Shown here piece after piece: positions 43,242-56,850 of a DNA stretch of 64,000 nt. The translations under genes and the position numbers were made by a program. Every line of letters starts with the position of its first letter. Within the stretch, counting starts at the first letter, position 1. The stretch is from the human T2T-CHM13v2.0 reference genome, Homo sapiens. The notes beneath the pieces are model-generated. The model was given only the letters and a program-made list of their open reading frames with translations. It did not search any database and was not told the origin of the DNA. The stretch lies in the NCBI RefSeq assembly GCF_009914755.1, contig NC_060937.1; one strand, given 5' to 3'.

Positions 43242-46054
43242 TTACTGAAAACATGTTATATGGGAAAGGTATAAGAAGTGTAATGTTGCTTATAGTGCCT
43301 TTAAACTACTGTACCAGAAGCCAAAAAGTGTGCATCTCGGGGAATTAATGGCTTTTGCTACCAGTTTTTTCTATATTCTAGAGGGTGTATAATATCCGAA
43401 ATTTCAATATATTCAACTGTTATATAATAATGATTGCTATTGGTAAATTTCTCACAAGTGTTTAATCTAAAACTTATATTAACTTTGCTTCTCCAAAATA
43501 TTATGACCTGGAAATATTATTTGAAATATCATTTATTTATTCACACTCAATTACAAATAATTTTATTTATCTAAGAGTCTGCAGAAAAATTGTCTTCAGG
43601 GTGAAATTAAAGTATAAATATCAGCTAATTATGTGATTTCAAAACATTGTAGATATTTTCATGATGTCACTATTATGTAGTAACTAAACTATCATTATTC
43701 AATCTTTTCCATTTGCAGAAAATATCTCTCAATTCTGTTGGTTACACCCAAGGCAAGTTGAGACACCAATAGCACATTTATATATTTGCTTGGAAACGTT
43801 TTCAGAAAAACATATTCTCTTATGTATTCTGAGTGAAATTATAGATCTCTTTGAGGAATGATTTTTCCTCAAAGCACAGCTTCAGGAGAAAGTAAGGATG
43901 CAGGTATTTTTTGAAAAATATATCTTGAAAGGTTGTCAACTGGGTATACAGACACTGTAGCCTGATTACTATCTTGCTGAAATATTTTTTAAAAACAGAG
44001 TTATAATCATCATAGGTAAAAACCTCCACATTATTGAATAAAAGAGTAATAATTAATATAACCTTTTAAAAATAGGCTTTCCAAACAAAATTGTGATCTA
44101 TGTTATAGGTGAATGTATATAAGGATTTTTTAATATATCATAGAGTATCAAATATTGATTTTATTTTTTAATACATGTGACTACATTTTTGCAGATTTAT
44201 AATCTTTATAAATAAAAGTAATATAAAAGCTTAATTAGAAAATAGTCTAATGTAATCTCTTAGACCAAGTAATTACTATTGGATGCAACATCTTTTAAAG
44301 ACAGAAGTATTGTTTAATAATCACAAATGTACCTTATCTGATACCAAAAATGAAAACAGAATTATATACTCAGTAAGATGCCGGAAGACAGGATATGCAT
44401 TTGCCAATCAGTATTATAATGGACTTAAATTATACTTACAATAGCCACTGAAAGAAGAAAGCATTGACTGCCACCTACCACTCTAACTCTGAAAAAATAC
44501 GGACACTATGATTAACAGCTACCAATGTCCCCCCTGCAAAACAAGGGTGTTAAAAAAAAATCATCACTTACAGGACAATAGAGCTGACTTATTTGTAATG
44601 ACTGTGATTGTCAGGTATCAAAAATATATAAAGAACAAACAACAAAAACAGCACTGTCTCTTTAGTGACTTTATGGCCATTGTCACTGTTTTTAAAAAAC
44701 TGCCTTCTTTGCTGAGTCTAACCAGGGCAGTCATTTTCCAACTGGTGTATAAACTTCTTTCCCCAAATGTGATTATAAGGCTTCCTCTCTGGGTAAAAGA
44801 GAGCTAATCTCGCCATTTCTCTTGTTTGATTGTTGAAGCCTGTTTTAAAACCCAAAATAGGAGACAAAAACTAAGTATTATTTGATAGTTCCATTTGTAG
44901 ATGCAGGTATAGTAAGGGAATAAATTAGGATTAGGTCATTATCACAGAGAATAACAGAGAGTCTCCACACTGGACTTAGAAGCTGAGAGTCACATTTTAA
45001 TACAAAACAGTACAGCATTTTGAACAACTGCACTAAGGGACTTAGAATAGCATAGTTGTAGGATATTAATAATTGCAATTGTATTCACAAAAGAAAAGAT
45101 GGTTTTATCACTGTGAGTTGAAAAATAAAGTTGTTCTAACTTGTTCAGCTAGCCATAAATAATCTCTTTAGATGATGGTGTGATATATTAAGGTGCTTCT
45201 CTTAGCATAATAAAGAAAATAGTGCAGAAAAGAAATTATCATAAAGAAACCATATTTCTATAAAGGAGGATCTACATTAGACTTATATTTTCCAGATCCC
45301 TGAATATTTCATGCTTTAAGGATAACTCATTTTTAAAAATCTTGTTTCAGGAAATGAGGCTAGCTTGGGTAATTTTTCCCTTTATCCATACAATGTTTAA
45401 TAATCTGAAAATTAGTTTCATACTACATATAATATCACATTTCATATAGTTATATGGTTGAAGACAGAGTATTCTTCTATCTTGTATATTTTGTCTACAA
45501 AATAAACAAGAGATGTATGAATAACAAGCTTGATGAATATGACCTTTTATAAAGACAGCTCTGATGGGTTTCCTGCATTTACCCAATTTCTATCTGAGGA
45601 ATGAAGTTTATCATATTAGTTTCCTTTTCAATTTGAATTCATTCTTTCCCGTTAAAAGTAAATTAATCTTAAAAAACAACAAAAACTCTAGCATATTCTT
45701 TTGTTTTAAAGTATTTTACAGGATTTTACTCTACATAAAACATGTTTTAAAATAATAAAATTGTTCTGCTTCTCTCACTCTAGTTATTTTGAAACACTAT
45801 ATAATGTCAAATCTACTGACAGGCCAAAAACTATAAACATTGAATTTTATGAGATTTCATTGCTATCTGTTTCTCTGCTTGTTCTTTATTGTATTACATC
45901 GTTTAATTCTGGAAAAGCAGATCATAGACCAATCCCGTGCACTAAACCAAGTATCTGGGGTTTAGTCCTTATTATACCCATGACTCTCTTCTGCAGTAGT
46001 CTAAAATGTATCGCCTGCAGATATTTTTGTTTTCTTTGTTGCTGTTGTTATCTA

Positions 46055-48572
46055 CTTTTTATTTAGAAATAATATTAGATTAACTGAAAGTTGCAAAGAT
46101 AGTACGGAAGAGTCCCATGTACCCTTCACCCAGTTTTCCCCAATAGTTATATCTTATATAAATAGAATATAAAAATCAGGAAATTGACATCAGTAAAATA
46201 TGTGTGCTGAATTCTATATAGCTAATGATGTGCACAGATTGTCATCGGCACTACCACAAGCAAGATGTGTAACTACTCCTTCACCACAAAGATTTCTCTC
46301 TTACTTCTACTTTATATACGTCCCCTCTTACCATCCCCAATGTCTTTTATTTATTATCCCCAACATATTAACTTATTCTCCTTCTCTATAATTGTGCCAT
46401 TTTGAGAACGTCATATAAATGGAATCATACAGGGTGTGATCTTTTTAGATTGGCTTTTTGCACTCAGCATAATGCTCTTCAGATCCATCTAAGTTGCTAT
46501 GTACAATAATAGTTCATTTCTATTTTGGGCTTATGGAATGAACATAGCACAGATTGTACAATCATTCACCTATTGTAGGGCATTTGGGTTGTTTCCTGTG
46601 TTCAGCTATTATGAACAAGGCTGCTGTAAAGATAAGCATATAGGATTTTGTGAGAATATAAGATGTCTTTGCTTCAGGATAATTGTCAAGAGTATAATTG
46701 TTGGGTTGAATGTAAATGTAACTTTTTCAGACTGCCAAACTGTTTTCCGTAGTGCTGTACCTATTTTATGTTCCCGTCAGTAATGTATGAAATGTATAGT
46801 TACTCTGTTTCTTGACAGCGTTTGGTGTTATTATATTTTTTTGGCTGTTCTAATCGGTGTGTAGTGATACCTCATTGTGGTCTTAGTTTGCATTTCTCTA
46901 TTGGCAAATTATGTTCAACATCTCTTCAGGTATGTTTCAACTTATCCTTTTAGTGAATTGGTGAATTGTTCCTTCTTTTGCCAGTTTTTTCATTGGATTT
47001 TTTTAAGAGTTCTTTATATTTATAGATATTAGTCATCTGTCAGCTCTGTGGCTTAAAAATGGTTTTGCTGTCTGTAGCTTGTATTTTTATCCTAACAGAT
47101 AAAAACTTAGCAGAGCAAAAATGTTTTATTTTGATAAAACAGAATTTATCAATTTACTTTTTGTGATTATTCTTCTAGTGTCATGCCTAAGAATTCATCA
47201 GCCTCTGAATTCCACAGATTTTCTCCTATCCTGTGTTTCAAAGTTTTACTTCTTTTGTTTTATAGTAAATTCTGTGCTCTATTTAAATTTTTGTGTAAGA
47301 TGTGAGGTTTAGGTTGAAGTTCACTTTGTCTACCAATATCCAATTTTTCTAGCATTTTGCATTCAATTGCTTTTGAACCATTTCAAAATCATCTTGGTGT
47401 ACTTGTGTATTCCCTTGACCTATGTGTCTATTTTTCTACCAATATCACATAGACTTGATTATTGTAGCTATATAATAAGTCTTGAAGACAAAGAAAATGG
47501 TTCTTTCCACTGTATTCTTCTTTTATAGAATTGGTTTTGCTATCTTTTCTTTGTCATTCATATTAAATTTTAGAATGAATTTGTGTATCTACAAAAATAT
47601 TGCAATTTGGTAAGGATTTTGATAAAACTGTATAACAGTTTGAAGACACTTGACATCTTTATTATGTTCAGATTTCCAATTCATAAGCTTAGTATATGTC
47701 ACACATATTCAGATATTATTTTAAATATATTTCATTAGTATTTTATAGTTTTCAGTGTATATTTTGTATATGTTGTATATATTTATTCTTAAATATCTTA
47801 ATTATTGAGTGATCATAAATGGTATTGCTTTTAACTTCAGTTTCCTGTGTCTGTTGTTAATATATGGAAATTCAATTGATTTTTACTTGTTGACCTTACA
47901 ACATGTGAATCTGCTGAACTCACTTGTTAGGTATATGAAATATTTTGGTAGAGTCCTTAGTATTTTCTATATAGACTACATGTTGCCTATGAATATGGAC
48001 ATTTTTATTTACTCCTTTACAATCTGTATGGTTTTTGTCTTATTTTATTTTTCTAATAGTCTTCTGGCTAGAATTTCTAGAACTACGTTAAATAGTAGTG
48101 GAGCCATTGCATATATTTAACTTATTCTTTATTTTGTCTTAATCACTATTTCAATGGTGAAAATAGCCATTTTAAAAATCATTAAATATGATTTTAATTG
48201 CAAGTTTTTGTAGATGGGCTCATCAGTTAGAATAATTTCCCCTCTATTCCTAATTTCCTAAAAGTTTTAACAAAACTGGGTTTTAGATTTTGTCAAATGC
48301 TTTTTTTCTCCATTAAATGAAAGTATCATGTGATTTTTCTTCTTTTGTCTGTTAATACGGGAACACTAATAGATTTTCAAATGTTGAACCAGATTTGCAT
48401 TTGTTGAATAGATCCCAATGGTAAAGGTATGCAATTCTTTTTATGTATGGCTAAACTTATTTGCTAATATTTTGTTAAGATTTTTTGTCTCTCTATGAGA
48501 TACATTTGTACACAGTTTTCTTTTTTGTACTTTTGTGTCTGATTTTGCTATAAGGATAATTCTGGGCTCATA
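46055..48572 (-). mobile_element. Old L1M (L1MC/MD-like) 3' fragment
   Basis: GTTGCAAAGATAGTAC...CCCATGTACCCTTCACCCAGTTT 3' end; ATAAATGGAATCATACAG, GACTGCCAAACTGTTTTCC, TTTGCTAATATTTTGTTAAGA. Confidence 0.85.
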
Positions 48573-49376
48573 AACCACATGATTTGTCAGAGCATAATTT
48601 TTGAATGAAATAGTTTACAAAATAACACACAATTTTCAGATGTTATTATCTTTCCCTTTTATTTTTGCAAATTTGTGTAAATTAAATGTTTTTAAAAATA
48701 ATTTTATTGTAGCCATCCAAATTATTAAAAAAAAACTTAGCAAACAAGAGTATGTAACATTTATAACTGAATATACAATATATTTTAAAATTTTAAGTAA
48801 AAATATATTTTAAAGTATGACATAAATTTATATATAGATGAGGAGTTCTCTTATATGTCACCCAGAGTATATAATCATATGGAAGAATAATTACTTATAC
48901 ATGTATCCACATATAGCTGGAAATCATTTATTAAATACTTTAAATTAAAATACTTATTGTGTTGTTTTAAATTACTGTCAGTGTAGAAAAATCCAATGCT
49001 ATATGTAGAGAGGTAAACTTTTTGTGCTTATAGCAAAAAATAATCATATTTAGCATTGGCATACAATGATAGCTAAAATTAAAGCACTGAGTATACTTAA
49101 AGAACTTTGCTTCTAAAATTATTTTCACTTTCTCCTGTCACAAAATTGTCGAATGATGAGTTATTACTATTAATATAAAGTTATACTCTACAGTCCCCTA
49201 CATTACTATGGAACAATCCCCCATGAAGAAAATCTTACACCCGCATTTCTTCTGAAACCTCATACCTCTTAAAACCTATGGACCTCATTCTTCATAGCAA
49301 CAATTCTGAAGAGTTGTCCATAGTTTTTCTCTTTACTCTTCTGCCTTTATTTATTTATCTACTTTTTGTCAAATAT

Positions 49377-49700
49377 TGCTATGATTTGAATATAGTTGAA
49401 AATTAATCACCAATTGGATAGTATTAAAGAGGTAGGGCCTTCAGAAGACTACTCTCATAAGTGGGATTAGCATCTTTATAAAAGGAGTGGAAGGAATTAA
49501 CCAGGTCATTTTGCCCTTCCTTCATCCTTTATACCATGTGAAGACACTTAGATGGTAACAGCTATGAGGAAGGCACCTTCATCAGATAATGAATTTGCCA
49601 GTGCCTTGATCTTGGACTTTGCACCCTCCAGAATAATTTCTGTTGTTATAAATTATCCAGTCTGAAGTATTTTGTTATAGCATCACAAATGACTAAAAAT
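49377..49700 (+). mobile_element. MST(C/D)- or MLT1A-like MaLR solo LTR
   Basis: TGCTATGATTTGAAT start; GCCAGTGCCTTGATCTTGGACTT; ATAAATTATCCAGTCTGAAGTATTTTGTTATAGCA. Confidence 0.75.
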
Positions 49701-50027
49701 AAATACTGTAAAAGCACTCCAGTTCTCTCTCCTCCACTGAATTGTGTTTATCAGGTTGATTAACAGCCCATTGCTCAGTCCAATGTCTATTCTTATTTTC
49801 TTCTTATATTTAATTTCTCATATGCCAAATTAGTTTGATACATTTGCCCAGCTATTCCTTCGTGAAACATTATTTTTCTCTTGTCGTTCTTGATCATACA
49901 TTTTTCTTGCTTGCCTTCCTTTATTTTACCACTGTATGTGCTTTAACAGTATTTGATAGCTCTTTTGCTAAGATTCTAATAGTTGAAGGTCCAAGAATTT
50001 TTCTTTGGTCTATTTTACCTGCACATT

Positions 50028-50276
50028 AATGCTTATAGAAGTTTTATTCATAATTGCCACAAAACTGGAGGGAACCAAGATGTCCTTAGGTGGGTCAAGG
50101 GAAAAATAAATGGTGGTATATATGTACAATGAAATATTATTCAGTGACTTTAAAATGAGCTATTAAGCCACAAAAAAAGAGAAATAGATGAATCTTAAAT
50201 GCACACTGCTAAATGAAAGAAAGGAATCTGTATTACTCTATTGACCCAAATGGAAAGCATTTATGAAGAAGATTAG
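50028..50276 (+). mobile_element. L1MC-like 3' fragment
   Basis: TTTATTCATAATTGCCACAAAACTGGA..AACCAAGATGTCCTT; GAGCTATTAAGCCAC; TGAATCTTAAATGCA. Confidence 0.7.
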
Positions 50277-50634
50277 TGATAAGGTTTGACTGTGTCCCCA
50301 CCCAAATCTCATCTTGAAATATCACAAGTTGTGGGAAATACCAAGTGGGAGGTAACTGAATCATGGGGATAGGTCTTTCCTGTGCTGTTCTTGTAATAGT
50401 GAATAAGTCTCACAAGATCTGATGGTTTTGTAAAGAGGAGTTGCCCTGCACAAATTCTCTCTCTCTTTGCCTGCTGCAATCCATGTAAGATGTGACTTGC
50501 TCCTCCTTGCCTCCCTCCATGATAATGAGACCTCCCCAGCCACGTGGAACTGTAAGTCCATTTAACCACTTTCTTTTATAAATTTCCCAGTCTTGGGTAT
50601 GTCTTTATCAGTAGCATAAAAAAAGACTAATACA
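50277..50634 (+). mobile_element. THE1A-like 5' LTR
   Basis: TGATAAGGTTTGACTGTGTCCCCACCCAAATCTCATCTTG...TCCATGTAAGATGTGACTTGCTCCTCC...GACTAATACA. Confidence 0.92.
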
Positions 50635-52038
50635 GTAAATTGGTACCAGTTGAGTGTGGCACTGCTGTAAAGATACCAGAAAATCTGGAAGCGACTTTGG
50701 AACTGAGTAACACGCAGAGGTTAGAACAGTTTGGAGAGTTCAGAAGAAGACAGGAGAATGTGAAAAACTGTGGAACTTCCTAGAGACTTGTTGAATGGCT
50801 TTGCCGAAAATGCCGGTAGTGACATGGACAATAAAGTCCAGGCTGAGGTGGTCTCAGATGGAAATGAGGAACTTTTTGTGGGAACTGGGGCAAAGGTGAT
50901 TCTTGTTATGTTTTAGTAGGAGACTAGCAGCATTTTGCCCCTGGCCTAGAGATTTGTGGAACTTGGAAATTGAGAGAGATGATTTAGGGGATCTGGTGGA
51001 AAAAATTTATAACCAGCAAAGCATTCAAGCAGTGACTTGGGTGCTCTTAAAGGCATTCAATTTTATAAAGGAAACAGAGCATAAAAATTCAGAAAATTTG
51101 CAGCCTGACAATGTGATAGAAAGGAAAATCCTATTTTCTAAAGAGAAGTTCAAGCTGGCTGCAGAAATTTGCATAATTAATGAAGACCTGAATGTTAATT
51201 CCCAAGACAATGAGGAAAATGTCTCCAGGGCATGTCAGAGATCTTCACAACAGCCCCTCCCATCACAGGCCCAGAAGCCTAGGAGAAAAAAATGGTTTCA
51301 TGGGCTGGGCCCAGGGTCCTCGTGCTGTGTGCAGCCTGGGGACTTGGTGCTCTACATCCCAGCTGCTCCAGCCATGGCTGAAAGGCACCAATGCAGAGCT
51401 TAGGCCGTGGCTTCAGAAGGTGCAAACCCCAAGCTTTGGCAGCTTCCATGTGGTGTTGAGCCTGCCAGTGCACAGAAGTCAAAACTGGGGTTTGAGAACC
51501 TCTGCCTGATTTCAGAGGTTGTATGGAAATGCCTGGATGCCCAGGCAGAAGTTTGCTACAGGAGAGGGCGCTTCATGGAGAGCTCCTGCTAGGGTAGTGC
51601 AGAAGGAAAATGTTGGATCAGAGCCCCAACACAGAGTCTCTACTGGGGTACTGCCTAGTGGAGCTGTGAGAAGAGGGCCACTGTCCTCCAGACCCCAGAA
51701 TGATGGATCAACCAACAGCTTGTACTGTGTGCCTGGAAAAGCTGCAGACACTCAACACCAGCCCATGAAAGCAGCCATGAGGGAGGCTGTATCCTGCAAA
51801 GCCACAGGGGTGGAGATGCCCAAGACCATGGGAACCCACCACTTGTATCAGCGTGACCTAGATGTAAGACATAGAGTCAAAGGAGGTAATTTTGGAGCTT
51901 TAGGATTTGACTGCCCCACTGGATTTTGGATTTGCATAGAGCCTGTAGCCCCTTTGTTTCAGCCATTTATCCCATTTGAACAGTTGTATTTACCAAATAC
52001 CTTTACTCCATTTTATCTAGGAAGTAACTAACTTGCTT
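50635..52038 (+). mobile_element. THE1-int, 3'-truncated
   Basis: GTAAATTGGTACCAG start; degenerate MaLR ORF peptides; stops at TCTAGGAAGTAACTAACTTGCTT with no 3' LTR. Confidence 0.92.
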
Positions 52039-52044
52039 AAATAT

Positions 52045-52795
52045 TTCTTAAATCCTCTCTAGTTTTCATGTTCTACATCTAATCCAATTGCAAATTATTT
52101 TTGACTACCTTCAAAATATATGAATCCAGATTCTCATCTTCACCACATATGCTAATACGGGGATAATCTTTCACTCCAATTACTTCAACAGCATCCCTAA
52201 CTCTCACTGGGCTTCCTAACTCTATTATGCATTCCCCCAAACTCTATTTTTCAGAAAAAAAGCCAGCTCTACCCATCTAAGTTATATCACTTCTTTGTTC
52301 ATAGCTCTATAATGGTATCCAATCACACTCAAAGTGGAAGACAAAATTTTTATATTGCCTCTCATCACTGATCTCATCTCCTGTCTCTGAATCCCTTGGT
52401 TATTCTTCTCAAGGTACTTAATCAGGCTTTCTTGTTTTTCTTTGATCCTGCTTTGCACCAATTCTTCCTTCAATTCATGTGCTCTAAATGTTTGGCTTGC
52501 ATCTCAAATTCTAACATGGCACTCTTTCTAGACTCTCTGATTGCTTTACATAAAAGAGCACTGCCCCAATCTCTGACACTTTCTAGCTCTCTTAATCATA
52601 AGTTCTTCACTACAAAACTTCTCATCAATTTATGTATAATACACATATTTGCTTATATCCTTGTCTATGTCCACAAAAATATATGCTCTAACAAGGAAGG
52701 GACTGTAATGGTTCCTTGCTATATCCTCAAGACCTAAAATAGCACATGGCATGTAGTAGGAACTCATTAAATATCTGTTGGTTTGAATAAGTTAA
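52045..52795 (+). mobile_element. L2 3' fragment
   Basis: CTACCTTCAAAATATAT, CAACAGCATCCCTAACT; ends GGCATGTAGTAGGAACTCATTAAATATCTGTTGGTTTGAATAAG. Confidence 0.7.
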
Positions 52796-53145
52796 TTCCT
52801 TTGGCTATAATATGAAATTAAGAATTCTAAATTACAGGTTGTCAATGAAATTTAAATTACACTCTTGTTGAATGAAAGATGATAAGTGGATATTAATTTC
52901 TTTAACTCTTTTTGAATTGCTTTACATTCATGTTTTATGAATAATGTTCACACACACATATCTATAGCAGTATTTACCACTATTACAAATTGTTAGCACA
53001 AGAATTCAGAAAATGTTGAATTACAGGGAAACTCTGTCTTGAATATTCTGAAAAATGTCTACTCCCTTTGCCTATTCCTTTCATTTGGCATCTTTCTGAT
53101 TCATCTTGGCAGTGGCCATAATGAGGTTTTGCTCTCAATTTACTC

Positions 53146-53441
53146 TCTTTTTTGGGGGAGGGGAGGTGCAGGACAGTGTTGCCCAGGCTGGAGTATAGTG
53201 GAACAATCTTGGCCCACTGCAACTTCTGTTATCTGGGCTCAAGCCATCCTCCCACCTCAGCCTCCCGAATAGCTGGGACTACAAGGGTGCAGCACCACAC
53301 CCGGTTAATTTTTGTATTTTTAGTAGAGATGAGGTTTTACCATGTTGGCCAAGCTGGTCTCAAACTTCTGGCCTCAAGTGATCCACCCACCTTGGCCTAC
53401 CAAAGTGCAGGGATTACAGGCATAAGCCACCACGCCTGGCC
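53146..53441 (-). mobile_element. Alu (J/S type)
   Basis: Antisense Alu; TTTACTC flanks both sides. Confidence 0.92.
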
Positions 53442-53807
53442 AGATTTTACTCAAATATTGACTCAATTTTACCAGGAGAAAAAAAAATTAAAAGTTTTAA
53501 AATTTTTTAAAAATATATTTACCTGTGGTTGGCTTATTGTTGTTATTTGTTTTCAGTGATCAGCTGTCAAACATTTTCTATGGTGATTGAAATCTGGAGA
53601 TTGTTGAAATATGTTACACATACTGTAGAGTAAACTAATCTGTTAGCAGTTCTCAAGTCCCACATATAACTGTTTTGAACATAGACTGAGACTGCATGCC
53701 TAAGTGGGCAAATTTGCTATTTTAAATATCTGTGTATGGCCTATTCTGCCCTTTGTCATGGGTGATGAGCCCAGTCTTTTTTCCTCATTTATTTGCCCTA
53801 TAAATAG

Positions 53808-53850
53808 TTTTATTAATGCAAATATCACAATTACTTTTGCACCAACCTAA
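53808..53850. mobile_element. Half MADE1 (Hsmar1-derived MITE)
   Basis: CAATTACTTTTGCACCAACCTAA terminal inverted repeat followed by TA. Confidence 0.8.
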
Positions 53851-53982
53851 TACCTATTGGAAATGTGAAAAATGTCTTCATTTTAAAAGCAATAACATTA
53901 AGTTCGTATATTCATTTAACAGCAGAGACTTACACTGGGGTGTCGAAAAGAACCATCTATTGAGTTTTGATAAGAAAACATT

Positions 53983-53988
<6 letters not shown>

Positions 53989-54032
<44 letters not shown>
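53989..54032. repeat. (TA)22 microsatellite
   Basis: Direct count. Confidence 0.97.
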
Positions 54033-54033
<1 letters not shown>

Positions 54034-54159
54034 TTTCATATATTCCCTAATAATTTTCTGTTGAGGCTAACATATTAATATGAAATTTATAGAAATAATA
54101 TACCTGTCTCTGATCTCTATCATGATCATTTAAAATATTATTTATTATTTATTTGTTTG

Positions 54160-54270
54160 TATGCTATTGCTAAGAGTACAAGATGAATACATTTGAAGAC
54201 CACTATTTCAAATGAGCTATCTAAAACAGTGCCTGACATACACAAAACATCCAATAAATGTTTGTTGAAC
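54160..54270 (+). mobile_element. L2 3' end
   Basis: AACAGTGCCTGACATACA...CAATAAATGTTTGTTGAA. Confidence 0.6.
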
Positions 54271-54274
54271 TAAA

Positions 54275-54513
54275 TTGAGAGCTTGTTTGGAGGTTCTAGC
54301 AGGAGAGTGCAGCTACTTGTATACCCTTGACTGAAGACCAGTCCTCCTCTATCAGTGATGGTCATCCTCCTTGACTGAACACACAGCTTCGGGAGGGATG
54401 CACATGGAACAGAGAGGGAGGAAGGGGACACCTGCCTAGCCAGCCAGATCAGCCAAATCAACCCTGGCGATCAATGGGGTGACAGATGTTGCAGCCAAAT
54501 AGCCCTCATATTT
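54275..54513 (-). pseudogene. RN7SK: 7SK snRNA retropseudogene, 3'-truncated (~nt 1-240), tailless
   Basis: Reverse complement reads ATATGAGGGCTATTTGGCTGCAACATCTGTCACCCCATTGATCGCCAGGGTTGATTTGGCTGATCTGGCTGGCTAGGC...CTAGAACCTCCAAACAAGCTCTCAA; CpG decay; TSD TGTTGAACTAAATTGA / TGTTGGACTAAATTGA. Confidence 0.96.
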
Positions 54514-54950
54514 GTGTTGGACTAAATTGAAATCCAATATTCTTGCTTTTTTTTCTTCCGTTTTATACTCTAAAACACTGTGGTTATTCAGCTAAGTAAT
54601 AACTTATCATAGTCTCTTGTATTTATGTATTATCCTTTAATTGATTAGACAAATATTTGTTTTCTGATCCCACCCTATGCTAGAAATTTAGAGTGCTAAA
54701 CTGAATAAACATTGTCTTGCCTTTAAACACTATGTTCTATTGGAAAGAAAAGAAAATTAGTCAATTACTATAACACAAAAGAATGACTTGCAACAACTTG
54801 CACAATACCATATTCATATGGAAAACTGAGTAAGACTAGAATTCTTTAATATAACCAGAGTTGTATTAAAATGGGATTTGTTTTCTTTCATCGAATGGGT
54901 GACATTTGTGTTCAGCAGATCTAAATTTCAAAGGAATCAACAATAGTTAA

Positions 54951-55688
54951 TGATACGGACATACTGGGTAGAAGATGGTGGAGGCCCCCGCAAGGGCTTC
55001 ACCCTCGAGCCTGGGCCTATGGCCCTAAGGGAGAACTTCACTTCTCTGTTTTCCATATCGTTTTTGGTTCACCCCTTTCCTTTCCTGTGCCCATATAAAC
55101 CCCAGACCTCAGCTGGAAGAGAGACAACTGGCTGAGTGTTGTGAGAAGAAGCTACTGAGCATCAGAGACTATGGATAGATGCGGCTTAGCTTCAGACAGC
55201 ATGATTGATTTTGAAGAGGAGCCCGGCTGGAAAGGCCCTGGCTTCAGGAAAAGATGACTTTCTCCCCTTTCTCCCCACTCCCTCCGTTTCCAGCTCCCCT
55301 TCCGCTGAAAGCCACTTCCACTTCTTAATAAAATCCTCCACATTCATCACCTTTCAAACTGTTCATGTAACCTGATTCTTCCTGGACACTGGACAAGAAT
55401 TCGGGATGCACTGGGTGCGGGACACCAATAAGGCTCTCACAATGACTCTTCACCGAACTGTTTAACACTTAAGCCATCTGCAGACGGCAAAGCTAAAAGA
55501 GCATTAATTGTAGCACACCCCTAGATGCCACCATGGGGCCGGAACCCAAAAGCACTTACCCTGGCCCCAGCACCCACTCACCTGCGTGCTCTGCTCCCGC
55601 AAACGGTTTGAACGTGCCAAGTGGGAGTAAATGAGCCACATTCCTGTCGCAAGTTTCACAAGGGGGTCAAGGGTACTCTTCCATCTCA
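54951..55688 (+). mobile_element. ERV1 solo LTR, LTR27/LTR28-like
   Basis: TGATACGGAC..ATACTGGGTAGAAGA start, ends CTTCCATCTCA; 4-bp TSD TTAA; TATAAA 55094-55099, AATAAA 55327-55332. Confidence 0.85.
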
Positions 55689-56542
55689 TTAATAGATAAA
55701 CATGTCTGGGGAGAGGATTACTCCATCTAAAAGAACCAGCATATGTGCATATGTGCACACACACACAAACACATATACTTACACACTCACAGGTACACAG
55801 AAATGGGAGATCTTTTTGCAGGGTCAGACTAAGGCTATTCTATTTTGGCTAGCGTGTTTAAAATAATATAGTAACAGTTAGTTGTGGTGTCCTTAAATGC
55901 TCTGTTTCCCATTCATTCCTGTAAGACTGCCAATTCTATTTGTTTGCTTAGAGTCATTATCATAAGTGATAACTACCTTTATTATAGCATTTTAAAAAAT
56001 TATTCCTATAACTCTTAAGAATAAAGGTCACATTTGTCACCTTATCCCTAAACAGAAATGGATGGTGTATGAATATTGAAAAACATTTTTAAATTCAGCC
56101 CAAATCTTTGAAAGAGTGTTAACAATAGAGCTATGATTTCAGGCTGTGGGAACTTTTTTTAAGTTTAGATTTATTAGCGGAATTAGGGATTTCAATATAC
56201 ATGAATTAGGATTATTTTACTTGTGTTTAAACAAGAAAAAAAGAAAGTTAATTTAGTGCAATTAAAAAAATTACATCAATTGAATTAAGCTGATGAGCAA
56301 TTTTGTTTAGACTGGCTTCTCTTTGTTCAGTGACCCTAGGCAACTCTGTGAAGCATGCCCATTGTGCTTTGACTTGATTCTTGCTATTTTCACTTCTGGA
56401 TTCCATTATCAGGGATTTGTGTTACTAAAAAAAGTATAACCTGATAATATTTATGCATTAAGTTAACAAACATTTCTTGAACAAATGTGCCAGACACATG
56501 TTTTTTTGTACTTAGTGGTTAACAAAACAGACTACAGTGTGA

Positions 56543-56850
<308 letters not shown>

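Noticed and set aside
45351-45368. Possible 18-nt microexon (CTTGTTTCAG|GAAATGAGGCTAGCTTGG|GTAATT)
   Set aside because: Weak polypyrimidine tract and no host gene evident; expected by chance in 64 kb.
50903-52031. Longest ORFs in the track (166 and 170 aa)
   Set aside because: Broken THE1-int ORF; similarity to the 3.7-4.7 kb peptides reflects MaLR family homology, not a gene pair.
53152-53559. 135-aa ORF and similar ones (14718, 40343, 42691, 59378)
   Set aside because: Typical antisense-Alu peptides.
53808-53850. Possible miR-548-type hairpin from MADE1
   Set aside because: Only one arm is present, so no hairpin precursor can form.
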